The notes beneath the pieces were generated by a model. It had not been told where the DNA came from, made no database searches, and saw only the letters and a list, made by a program, of their open reading frames with translations. A program made the position numbers and the translations under genes. A stretch of 64,000 nt of DNA. It comes from Octopus sinensis. Lineage: Eukaryota. The stretch covers positions 69,750,001 to 69,814,000 of the forward strand of contig NC_042998.1 of NCBI RefSeq assembly GCF_006345805.1, given 5' to 3'. Numbering within the stretch: position 1 is the stretch's first letter; every line of letters starts with the position of its first letter. This document shows positions 26,150 through 38,024 of the stretch, one piece after another.

Positions 26150-26236
<87 letters not shown>

Positions 26237-27257
26237 AAGAGCAACATCAACAACAACAACAAAAATTCTAATTTTAATTCAACCACTGGTTATAAGATGA
26301 TCATTATGGATTCCTATAATCCATCGCGGGATTAATTATTTCAGAAGCTAATATAATCTTATTGAAAACTACATTTTAACTGCTAGCCAGTGAAAGAACC
26401 ACTACGTTTGTTTGGATTGCTAGAAACAACAGTCAAATGTGACTTATATCACAACCTACCGCTCTTACAAAAAATGATGAAATGAATAATGTTGTCATAG
26501 ATATAGTATGTCACAACCTGAAAGACTTTGTTTCTATATTTATTTGCTCTATCGGAAGTAATTTGGAAGTAAAAACAACTTGAAGAATTGCAAACCAATT
26601 CCTAAATTCTCTCATATTATCTAAAGTATAATTAATATTATTGCAATACTAATAATTAGCTTTGAAAGAGATACGGTTCATCAAATATGTTTCATCTAAT
26701 AAATGGTACATCCAAAATATGGTACAATTTATATAGGATACATCTTAATACACGGTACATTGTGTACAGGGTACCACGAATAGTATTGGTACATCTGTTA
26801 TATGATATCACAAATATGGTAAATTTGATATATAATACATTAAATATATAACACATCTAAAATATGGTACATATAATATATGGTGCATCTATTATATAGT
26901 AGTAGCAGTAGTAGCTCACAGTGAATTAAAATTAGTTTTCAGATTGACTCGTGCAGTTGAAATCTTCAGTAATAAAAGAATCTTGGAAACCACATTTTAA
27001 TGAAGAAAAATACAGTACAGACTTTAATAATTGCTTTCTTTTAACAATAGCTAATTAATAAACGGCTTTCTTTTAACAGTATAGATATTTAACATATAGT
27101 ATATCTATGTGTTACATTTAATATATAGTGCAATGGTGCATCTAATGTAGAGTATATGTAATATAGGTACTCTAATATATGGTATATCTAATATGCAGCA
27201 CTGCTAATATATGGTGCACCTAATAATGTTACCACTAATATATGGTACATTTAATAT

Positions 27258-27553
27258 CACGTGATCACGTGACCGACCAAGCTATCAGATGTTGCTACAT
27301 ATCGCTGGTCACAATGCGCTTCGCATTGTTTTAGCCTTCAAATGACGCCACTCCGCTGGCTAAGCGAGCAGGCCAACAGAAGAAAGAGTGAGAAAAAGTT
27401 GTGGCGAAAAAGTACAGCAGGGATCGCCACCACCCCCTGCCGTAGCCTCGTTGAGCTTTTATGTGTTTTCGCTCAATAAACACTCACAACGCCCAGTCTG
27501 GGAATCGAAAACGCGAGTCCGCTGATCTAACCACTGGGCCATTGCACCTTCAC
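27258..27553 (-). mobile_element. tRNA-derived SINE, family D, with 11-bp target-site duplication
   Basis: Reverse complement has A box TGGCCCAGTGG and B-box-like TTCGATTCCC; ACATTTAATAT at 27247-27257 and 27554-27564. Confidence 0.85.
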
Positions 27554-27730
27554 ACATTTAATATAATGATACAATAAATATATGATACAACTAATATGTA
27601 GAACCTCTTATATACTGTGACATTAATATATTGCTACATCCAATAAGTAGTAGAACTAATATATGTTGCCATTAATGTAAGTCCATCTAATACACGGCGT
27701 ATCTTATGAGACATCTGCGTTATAGAGATG

Positions 27731-27947
27731 CATTCCACCATTCATACACAGTGTCTTAAAAACTACGTTATCCAATATCTCGCCGTCATTAAAAGTTCAT
27801 GGTGTGATTAGAGGGAAATTTAGTTGCTATTATTATTAGTAGAGCCAGTGTTCATATCGAGGTCTCTCTTGCTAGCTCGAGGTTCTATTCTTAAAATTAC
27901 GTGATGGGTCAAAGTGAAATTTGAAATTACAACCCTTTCGCTTATTT
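27731..27947 (+). repeat. ~215-bp direct copy of 29467-29682
   Basis: Near-identical sequence with a few substitutions and small indels. Confidence 0.9.
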
Positions 27948-27949
27948 GC

Positions 27950-28510
27950 TTATGACGGGACATCAAAGTTGATGACAGTGTCGGTCCAGAGCATTCATCC
28001 TCCTGCACATTGTTTCTCATGGGAGCGGACGTGGCAGACAAGTCCTATATAAAATAAGCAGATCCTCTGGTACCGAGGGCACTGAAAGTGACCCGAACAA
28101 CAGCTGCTAGGGATTAATGACGACGTCTCCTCTTCTCTTCATACAGCTCTTGCGTTTGATTTCAAAGCGTTCTACTCCAGCATCACACATAGACGTTCAT
28201 GCCTTCTAATTAACTGTCACGACTTCCATCCGATTGGGAGAAACTGCATAAAATGAGAGATCATATGAGATGATCATGAAAACAAAGTTTTGGATTTTCA
28301 TGAGGCCTGCCTCCAGTTCTGATCTCACTGAAGAGGAAAACCTTTGGGAGCCGGTTACCAGGCATCCGAATCACGTGACCAACCCAGTGGAAAATCCGAC
28401 GAAAGATGCAGGCCTCAACGCTGTAGATCCCAACACTCAGGAAGATTTAGATATGAGGTATCTTGCCCTGCCATGTGAGACCGAAAATACTTTGGCGCAA
28501 TCTGATTTGG
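27950..28510 (-). mobile_element. RTE-clade LINE 3' fragment
   Basis: Minus translation TFYRHQIRQLEEFQIRLRQSIFGLTWQ...FHWVGHVIRMPGNRLPKVFLFSEIRTGGRP and a terminal GLVCHVRSHEK. Confidence 0.8.
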
Positions 28511-28745
28511 AACTCCTCCAGTTGTCTGATCTGGTGCCGATAAAAGGTCCTACACTCAGATACGAGGCATAACAATATCTACATCTAATACATGGTCCAA
28601 CTAACATGGCCCATCTAATATACAGTACCATCAATGTATAAAACCACTAATATGACACCAAATACATGGTAACACATGTGGAAGGTACAATTAATACACA
28701 GTATAACTTGTATATAGTACAATATATATATATATATATATATAT

Positions 28746-28936
28746 AGGGAGAGTTTACGAAAAAAAAACAAAAGACGAAGATAGGTGGTGTACAAAACAA
28801 ACAGATGTATTAGTATAACGCTCAGGAATAGAAAAAGTCATTTACGTTTCGAGCATACGCTCTTCTACAGAAAGGGATACAGAAAAAACAAGGAGAGAAA
28901 AAATGTGTGTAGTGGCTAACGATCTATCATGGTGAC

Positions 28937-28938
<2 letters not shown>
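28746..28938 (-). mobile_element. Penelope-type terminal repeat remnant with hammerhead-like motif
   Basis: Aligns in reverse with 63358-63548; contains GAGC-GTAT-GCTC-GAAA-CG-TA. The Penelope assignment is inferred from this motif. Confidence 0.45.
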
Positions 28939-28984
<46 letters not shown>

Positions 28985-29867
28985 ATATATATATATATAT
29001 ACAATGTTTAGTACCAATAGTACTATCTACTAGTATACCCGTAGTACATCTATGGGTATGTGTTACATTTCATATTTGTACTACTTAAATGAGGTACAAT
29101 AAGCACGTTATCCAATTCCTGCATCCTGTGTCTATCCAAACAACAAAAAAGAAAACATACTTTTCTTTTTATTCTAGAATAAACCTAATCTTGTTACTGT
29201 TTAATAACCAGGTCAGCCCTGGTCTAGCAGTTGTAATCCAGTCATGACTCTTCCGCATAGTGTACCTAGGATTCCAGAATCTTATCTGCCCGTCCACGTT
29301 GCTGTTTAGCCTTAGGTCAGTCTAGATCCAGCAAACCTATACTGAAAGGTATTCTAACCGCGGCCATTTCGTCTTTCGTTTAGAGTACATTGTTTAATCC
29401 GTCTTTCCTCATTATTAATTAGTCCAGAGCCATCAGATCTATGACCAAAGATATTCCAGCTGCTACCATTCCATCATTCATACATAGTGTCTTAAAAACT
29501 ACATTATCCAACATATCTCGCCGTCATTAAAAGTTCATGGTGTGATTAGAGGGAAATTTAGTTGCTATTATTAGTAGAGCCAGTGTTCATATCGAGGTCT
29601 CTCTTGTTAGCTCAAGGTTCTATTCTTAAAATTACATGATGGGCCAAAGTGAAATTTGAAATTACAACCCTTTCGATTATTTCAGAACTCTCAAATAACC
29701 ATCTGATATATCAGCCCAAGTATAGTAGATTTAACAGATCATTGGGTTTTCCGTCTGTTTTTATCTCTTTGAACATGGGATGGGTGATCCTTTAGATTCT
29801 GGATAAAACATCCATTTAGTTCTCAGAATAATAAAACAAATAACTATAAAATAGGCACACAAGCACG

Positions 29868-29935
<68 letters not shown>

Positions 29936-30317
29936 CTCTCTCTCTCTCTCTCAACCACAAAGAAAAACAAAATGAAAAGGCCAACAAGTTTAAGATATTG
30001 ATGAGGAACGGTGGAATCATTGAGTGATCATTCCAAAGAGCCTAAGATCCCACAAAATCATGTCTGGATTACAATTTCATGAATAACATATCTATTTATT
30101 ATTATATGAAAAAACAAAACAAAAACAAAAAACAAACAAACAAACAAAAAAAAAAGAACACATCTCCCTCCTTCCCCTTCTACATATTTTCAACCGTTAA
30201 CTGAAATTGTTTGAAATAAACCTGATTCCTTTATCGATTCCCGTCCACTACACCATGATCAGGAAATACTATCTCACAGTCTCTCCCTCTCTCTATTTCT
30301 ATCTATCTATCTATCTG

Positions 30318-30392
<75 letters not shown>

Positions 30393-31037
30393 CCCCCCTC
30401 TCTCTCTTCCCTCGCATATAAAAGACCGCTCGCACACATATTACAACATTCATAATAAAATATAAACCCAAACACTGCAACATATGCACAGACACATCGA
30501 CACACAAATGTAAAGAACAAGTAAAAGTCAACAACAGCAAACATAGCAAGAACAACTTCCATTTTGTTTGGGCTTTCATGTAATTTCTCTGAAATACAGA
30601 TAAGGTTTTACTAAGGATCACTCTCTCTTCTCTCCGTCTATCTCTCCCGCTCTTACTCTTTCTCTCTCCCTCTCCCTCTCACTGTTCCCCATCTAACATT
30701 CCATTTTCTTCTTCTTCTTCTTCTTCTTCTTCTTCTTCTTCTTCTTCTTCTTCTTCTTCTTCTTCTTCTTTTTCTTCTTCTTTTTCTTCTTCTTCTTCTT
30801 CTTCTTCTTCTCTTCTTCTTCTTCTTATCCTCCTCCTCCTCCTTCCCTCCTCCTTCCCATTCCCCTCTCTTTAAGTATCTCCCTCCTCTGCACCCGTCAC
30901 CCCTCTCTCAGCTTACCCCCTCGTTCTCTTCATCTTACCGTTTCTTTCCTCATATCTTCCTCTCTCTCTCTCTCTCACCCTTCCATTATCCTCATCCCCC
31001 ACCTCATCCCTTGTTCTAAATCTTTCAACCAAACTAC

Positions 31038-31137
31038 NNNNNNNNNNNNNNNNNNNNNNNNNNNNNNNNNNNNNNNNNNNNNNNNNNNNNNNNNNNNNNN
31101 NNNNNNNNNNNNNNNNNNNNNNNNNNNNNNNNNNNNN
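31038..31137. other. Assembly gap (100 N)
   Basis: Run of exactly 100 N, typical of a scaffold join of unknown size. Confidence 0.98.
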
Positions 31138-31212
31138 AACCGGTACTGAAATGTTCTTTATAAAATTATTTTAGCATTTTCTATTTTGACTTGTTTTTTC
31201 ATATATATATAT

Positions 31213-31252
<40 letters not shown>

Positions 31253-31489
31253 ATATAATATAAATAATATATAAATATGTGTTATATATACATACATACA
31301 TACATATATGTACATACCTACATATATATGTATATATACATGCATATATGAGTACAGGACATCAAAAGAAAAAAAAAACGTTGAACAGAATGAGAAACGA
31401 AAATATGAAAACAGAAACATAGAAACGAACATTTTTTTCGAAAATCGAAAAAAAAACCCCAGGGAAACGAGACATACAACATAAAGAAT

Positions 31490-32290
31490 ATTCCCCTTCT
31501 TTAGTTGTCTCTGTTTCAAGCTTTCTCGCCTTCTCTCTAGGGCGTAGATCTTCAATTTTTGTAGCCTCTCTCAGTAGCTGATCTGTTTCATCGAGTCAGT
31601 ATTCTTTGTGTAGTGGCGCTGAATTGACTCAAGTTCCGCCACCAATTTGACGCTCTGCGGCGACTACAGTTGGGAGTAGTAATCCAAACGTCTGACATCA
31701 AATGCCCTCCATAGGTGTTGCAAGGTATCTTTATTTCTGGTTACTAATGATTACTACATACAGTACTACATACAGTAGTGGTCCGAATACAGTTCCCTTA
31801 GGAACTCCGCTGCGGATTGATGTCTCCCAGAGAGAGATACCAAAGACGCATAGTTTGGGTCATATCATCCCAAGATCAACTTTGTCAACGGACTGGTAAA
31901 GTCGTGATATATCAGATCCACATTTGAGTGGTTGAGTTGTTGTTTTAGTACCCAATCATAATGTAGTAACTGTGTGAGGTAGCTCCTACCTGGGAGGAAA
32001 CCATGTTGCAAGTTTCTGCGCTAGTTATTCTCTTCTAGGAACTTGATCAGTCTCCTTCTGACATCGCGTTCCCTGACTATGCTAACATGTGAAGTCAGAG
32101 CGAGAGATAGGCGTGTAGCTTTTATCATCTGGCCTGCTTCCTCCTTGAGGAATAGGGCATATGATACCCTCTTTTAATAATTTGGAAAGTTTTCCACATG
32201 CAAGGAAACTCTGAAAAAAGTAACTGCAGTGGTTTTGCGTGTTTTTAAAACAGGCGGAAATCCATCTGGGCCCGTTGCTGAGTTTGATAT
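31490..32290 (-). mobile_element. CR1-like LINE RT fragment with internal deletions
   Basis: Minus translation SATGPDG...LQHGFLPGRSYLTQLLHYDWVL...NVDLIYHDF...SGVPKGTVFGPLLY...KIYALERRRE. Confidence 0.8.
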
Positions 32291-32363
32291 CATCTCACTA
32301 ATGGTCGATATAACATTTTACTCTTTTATGTCGATGTAATCGATGGTTACCTACACACACACG

Positions 32364-32426
<63 letters not shown>

Positions 32427-32530
32427 TGCATACATAGCTAGAGTTCTAAGGCACTATATATATATATACATACATATAAATATATATATATAGAGAGAGA
32501 AAGCAGATAGATATAGATATAGATATATGC

Positions 32531-32589
<59 letters not shown>

Positions 32590-33031
32590 TTTATATATAC
32601 AGTCATACTCACACAAAGACTTGCAGACATATATATATATACATTTTTATACACATATATATACACTTTTTATTAGTGTATAAAATACATATTCATATGT
32701 TAGTGTACGATGACAACTTCAAAGACCATAGATTCTCTAAACTAACTCTCCAGACACAATAACCTCGCCATTATTTAATCAAGGTTACATATATTCTCAG
32801 GTAGATTAAATTAATTCTTGTATTCTATGAGTTGTTATACAATTTTCCTTCGTCTACCTGATAATATATCCATTAATCTACTTCCTCTGATGAGATAAGT
32901 AAGTATTAACGGATACACAGTCACGTACAAAAGTGTGTTTGAATGTTTTAGGAACACACACACACATACACAAACACACGCACAGATATATCAATTCACG
33001 AAGCATTAAAAAACAAAAGTAACGCAATAAC

Positions 33032-33171
33032 CTTCTTTAGCTTACAGCTGTTTCTGATGAGTGATTGTGCAACATCTTATAGCTTCACCGGAGTCATTCA
33101 AATGAAGACATGTAAATGGCTCCGAGAAGCTATCTGCCTTATAGCAGAAACAGCTGTAAGACTGGGGGAAG
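33032..33171 (+). ncRNA. Candidate pri-miRNA hairpin (pre-miRNA about 33080-33134) inside a longer stem
   Basis: Inner stem ATAGCTTC/GAAGCTAT plus CGGAGTCATT/AATGGCTCCG with a 16-nt loop; perfect outer 16-bp stem 33041-33056/33145-33160; TG at -14 and CNNC at +17 from the predicted Drosha cuts. No known family recognised. Confidence 0.45.
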
Positions 33172-33211
33172 TGACTACATAACTTCTGTTCTTTGTCTTT
33201 CATTAGTGTGA

Positions 33212-33302
<91 letters not shown>

Positions 33303-33389
33303 TATGGGGTGCCCCCCTCGTTATCGAGTATGGCCATTGCACGAAGCTTAATCAATGTTGTTATCGTGCAATGCTTGTGCAAAAAGATT

Positions 33390-33849
33390 TTTTTTAAAGT
33401 GAGGAAAGGCTGTGTACTGAGTCAATCCCACTCACTAAGCAACAGCAGCCATAATCCGAAAAGAAGAACAAGTAAACATCCTCGGTAACCACTGAGTCGC
33501 AGATTTTATGTCGGAGTTATCCCAGTTACCTGAGTTACCTTCTCCTAGAAGGATGCCCTAACAAAGGCTAGGAGTCCTTCACTCCCAATGGTTTAACCGC
33601 GCGATCGGGTATTCAGTCCGATTATTTCTATGTCCCCGCGCATGATACATCCTAAAGACATTTATTGGATGGCCGTTGACTGTCAAGAGTTCCACCGCCC
33701 TTTGACGGGTTTTGTTTTTCATCCTGCAGGGTGTCCAAAAGACACCCTCCTCACCAAGCAAGCTTGGTGGGGTTGCTGGTTTAATCGCCGACGACCATGC
33801 AACAAGTTGTACTGGGTTATATGTTACCAGTAGCACTCGAAAGTGACCT

Positions 33850-33853
<4 letters not shown>
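33390..33853 (-). mobile_element. RTE-5'UTR-like non-autonomous element
   Basis: Reverse complement contains GGGCATCCTTCTAGGAGAAGGTAACTC, resembling RTE 5' UTR motifs as I recall them; GC-richer than the flanks. Confidence 0.4.
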
Positions 33854-33885
<32 letters not shown>

Positions 33886-33891
33886 TCACTT

Positions 33892-34166
33892 TGATCAGTA
33901 ATGAAATCAGCTTCTGATTTCTATGATGTTTTCTTTAAGTCGAGTTAGTGTAACCCTCGCCAACCGGGTGAAAATCCCTGATGAGGGTCAATCAAATCCG
34001 ACATCCTCGATTGGTGATCTGGTTCTGCCTCGCTCGCTGTAGGGAGCTTATCTCCCTTTTCATCATTAGATAAGTCCTTCCCGTGACTAAGAGTTGTTCT
34101 GACTTTCATTTCTAGCAATGCTGGTGCTTACTAGCATTCTCAGTCATTTTACTGACGTCTATACTG

Positions 34167-34197
<31 letters not shown>

Positions 34198-34508
34198 ATA
34201 TATATATATATATATACTGTTCTCACATTCAACCATTGCTACATACTAATACGCACAAGGTCCTACTGTTGTGTCCGCTACTAGAAGTGGACTTACAATA
34301 CCTACAACACCCCTATCCTTCGATTGCTATGTCCACTGTTCAGTACACTATATTTATGGAAAGTTCCATTTCACAGACAAACTATAAACTAATTAGATCA
34401 TGAACAATCTCCACATTGTCAGCAAATTTGTTATATAAAGCAATAATTAGGTTATCGTAGGATACTATACACACCATACATACATACAATGCAAATATAT
34501 ATATATAG

Positions 34509-34544
<36 letters not shown>

Positions 34545-34858
34545 ATATATATTATATATATATATATATCTATTATATATAATTATGATCAGTAATGAAA
34601 TCAGCTTCTGATTTTATGATGTTTTCTTTAAGTCGAGTTAGTGTAACCCTCGCCAACCGGGTGAAAATCCCTGATGAGGGTCAATCAAATCCGACATCCT
34701 CGATGGTGATCTGTTCTGCCTCGCTCGCTGTAGGGAGCTTATCTCCCTTTTCATCATTAGATAAGTCCTTCCCGTGACTAAGAGTTGTTCTGACTTTCAT
34801 TTCTAGCAATGCTGGTGCTTACTAGCATTCTCAGTCATTTTACTGACGTCTATACTGA

Positions 34859-34891
<33 letters not shown>

Positions 34892-35165
34892 CTGTTCTCA
34901 CATTCAACCATTGCTACATACTAATACGCACAAGGTCCTACTGTTGTGTACCGCTACTAGAAGTGGACTTACAATACCTACACCCTATCCTTCGATTGCT
35001 ATGTCCACTGTTCAGTACACTATATTTATGGAAAGTTCCATTTCACAGACAAACTATAAACTAATTAGATCATGAACAATCTCCACATTGTCAGCAAATT
35101 TGTTATATAAAGCAATAATTAGGTTATCGTAGGGATACTATACACACATACATAATACATGCATA
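33892..35165. repeat. Tandem duplication, period about 694 bp (33892-34495 and 34586-35165)
   Basis: The two copies differ by small indels and (AT)n length. Confidence 0.95.
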
Positions 35166-35167
35166 TA

Positions 35168-35225
<58 letters not shown>

Positions 35226-36034
35226 TATATATATGTTATTATTATTATTTTAGGCATACCACTAATATATATGTATATATAAGAAGTAGTACTGGATGTA
35301 AAGCGCTGCCTTAAGTACGCCTGAAAACACATCACATTTCTGTAGAATTCTTTATTAAGCATAATGTTTTGATTTCTATTAAGAAGAAAAGATTTAACTC
35401 AATTATTCATTCGTCTGGAAATACTAATACCCAAAAGGATAAATAATAATATTTTTTTGAGATACTGTATTAAAAGCTTTAACAAAATCGAGGTAAATTA
35501 TATTAAATCTCTTCTGTCGATGGACTTATTCCACTTGTTTAGACGTGGCAATAATTGTTGTGAAATTGATGTATGTTTAAAAAATAAAACGTTTTTCATT
35601 CGTCAAAAGACCGTTAGCGTTTGGGAATTTTATTAAAGTCCCTTTAATTATATTTTCCATAACTTTATATGAAATATATGTCAGGCTAATCGGACGATAA
35701 TTTTCTATCTCAGACGTTGATGAGTTTTCTTTTTGGAAGCCAAAACAGAAAGTAATTCGTTCGAATAAAAATTCAAAAGATGATGGGCGAAGATTATGTC
35801 AATTCAGAGGCTAATCTTTAAAGAAAAAAAAACAAAAAACAACAACAACAAAACAAAACAAAAAACAACAAAAAAGTAAAACCAAAAAACCCTGAAAGCC
35901 GAGAATATTTATTTTCTTGCCGAAAAGAACACTTATGTAAAGCTAACAACAGAACTAAAAATTTTCCCAAAAGACAATAAGATTCTGGTAGGATTTTGTT
36001 GGGCATAAATTGATTTGTTGGTGGGTTTCTACCT

Positions 36035-36400
36035 GGCATAGGTGGGTGATTAAGAAGTTCGCTTCACAACCAAGTGGTTTCAAGTTTGGACCCGTTTATA
36101 CGACACCTTGTGCAAGTGTCTTCGACTATAGACCGGAGCCAACGGATTCTTTGAGTGAATTTGATAGACGGAAACAGTTTGGAAGTCCGTTATGTACGTG
36201 TGTGTATCTTTGTGTTTGCTCTCCACTGCTTCACAACCGGAGCTGGTTTGTTTACTTCCTCGTAATCAAGTGATTCGGCAAAAGAGATCGATAAAAATAA
36301 GTTCCACACTTGGAAAGGATAAGTACTGGGTTCGATTTGTTCAACTAAACTCTTCAAGACGGTGCCTCCGCATGACAGCATTCACTGAATTGCGGTCAGG
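36035..36400 (+). mobile_element. Older SINE family C copy
   Basis: Diverged head, body (CACCTTGTGCAAGTGTCTTCGACTATAG) and tail (GGTGCCTCCGCATGACAGC). Confidence 0.7.
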
Positions 36401-36730
36401 CTGGAGCACCGTCTTGGCGAATTTAGCTGAACAAATAAAAAAAAATAAAAGAGCAGATACAGACAAAAATATTTATTAAAACTCTGTATCCTCTGTAACA
36501 GTTCCAACTCATGCCAGAAGTTTTGCTCAAGAAGAAATGTCTTTAATTTAACATGCCCCCGAAAACCAATCTTTGTTATACTTCGGTAGAATCATTATGC
36601 CAATATCTCTATCTTTTCCGTTCAATTCCTTTATTCTCAATATTTTTTCAATATTCTCTAATCTCTCTCCTAATAACTCTAGACAAATATTGATAATTAA
36701 AGAGACTTTGATTATTTCAATTTTATTTTA

Positions 36731-37124
36731 AATAGCAGTATCGCCCGGTGTTGCTCGGGTTTGTAAGGGAAATAACTATAAAGCATTTTTAGAGAGTTAT
36801 AGCCAAAATATAGCAAAAAATGCATTAAAGATGGAAAAAATATGATGGTAATGTTTTTTTAAATCGTTGACTCATCGTAGACATTTTTAGAGAGTTACTT
36901 CCCTTATATTTAAAAAATATGCATTAAAATGAAAAAAAATTATGGTAAATTATTTTTTAAATCGTAGACTCATCGTAGACGCGCGCTAATACCCAGAAGG
37001 GCTCGATATGAATCACGACTATAAGATACCCGGTTTTGGTTAAACTGCACCGCAAAATGTGGGAGTAGTTAGGAATCTAAATCGGAGTAGACAGACACAC
37101 AACCTTACTTTTATATATAAAGAT
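36731..37124 (+). mobile_element. Non-autonomous Helitron/Helentron-like element, second copy
   Basis: Shares both ends with 23005-23516; the middle is replaced by a duplicated segment. Confidence 0.6.
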
Positions 37125-37199
37125 TTCTTGACTACCTAACACTAGCATTTGCTTTTCCCCCGTAATATTAGAATTCTCTACATTTTTGGTACTTTATTT

Positions 37200-37405
37200 T
37201 TATTATCTTATATCTTTACTTATTTCAGTGACTGGACTGTGGCTATGCTGGGCCCCCCCCCCACTCCTTGAAAAGTTTAGTGGCATGATTGGATCGGATC
37301 TTTAATAGAAGACACTTGCTTAAGGTGACGCGCAGTGAGACTGAATCCAAAATCACGTGATTACTAAGTGAGCTTCTTAAACCACACAGCCATGCCTACG
37401 CCATA
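37200..37405 (-). mobile_element. Internally deleted old SINE family C copy
   Basis: Tail piece TTTCAGTGACTGGACTGTGGCTATGCTG joined to head piece ACCACACAGCCATGCCTACGCC. Confidence 0.6.
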
Positions 37406-38024
37406 TATAGAACATAATTTCCTATCATCATGATCATTTCCTCTCCAAAGCAATTATACAAATTATCGATGTTCCAACGACTGGGAGAAAAATTCTCCCC
37501 AGCACAAACGTTTCAAACATATTACTTATTTGATTATAATTGCTCTCTTCTGAAATTACTAGAATTTTCTTCGCTTATCTTATTGTTTCTTTCAATTTCT
37601 CACTCTACTGAACAATGATTACTTCGATAAAAAAAAAAAATAATTAGTATTTATCGATAAGTCTAAGTCTGGAATTCAGTGCCATAATATCTAGATCCAT
37701 CACTACTCTGGTCAGCTACAGTATGATTTCGTTTATCTTACGATAGAAATGTCCAAGAAATCGGCAAATCAGTAGCCCATCCTTTATCATCAATGAAACA
37801 GTTTGCTAAATTTTATTTAATCCTCACCACCTCCAAAAATATTAAAACAAAACCAAACCAAACCAAACTAAAAATGCTCCAAAAGAATCATTTGTAACTG
37901 GTTCACTAACTTGAAAGAAATGGCAATTATTAAGGACTAAAATCTTTACAATGCCTTCTGCTCAGCCCTCATGATGTATATAAAATGTTTTAATAATTGG
38001 AGGGGATAATTTCATTGCTAAAAA

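Larger units (their letters stand above)
26685..29100. repeat. Degenerate ~17-bp minisatellite broken by several insertions
   Basis: Unit about ATATGGTACATCTAATA, in blocks at 26685-26890, 27080-27257, 27554-27720, 28511-28710 and 29000-29100. Confidence 0.7.

Noticed and set aside
31038-31137. Continuity of features across the N run
   Set aside because: It is a fixed-size scaffold gap; distance and orientation between the two sides are not established.
33335-33344. CATTGCAC resembles the miR-92/miR-25 seed
   Set aside because: The rest of the sequence does not match miR-92, and the motif is on the 5' arm whereas miR-92 comes from the 3' arm.
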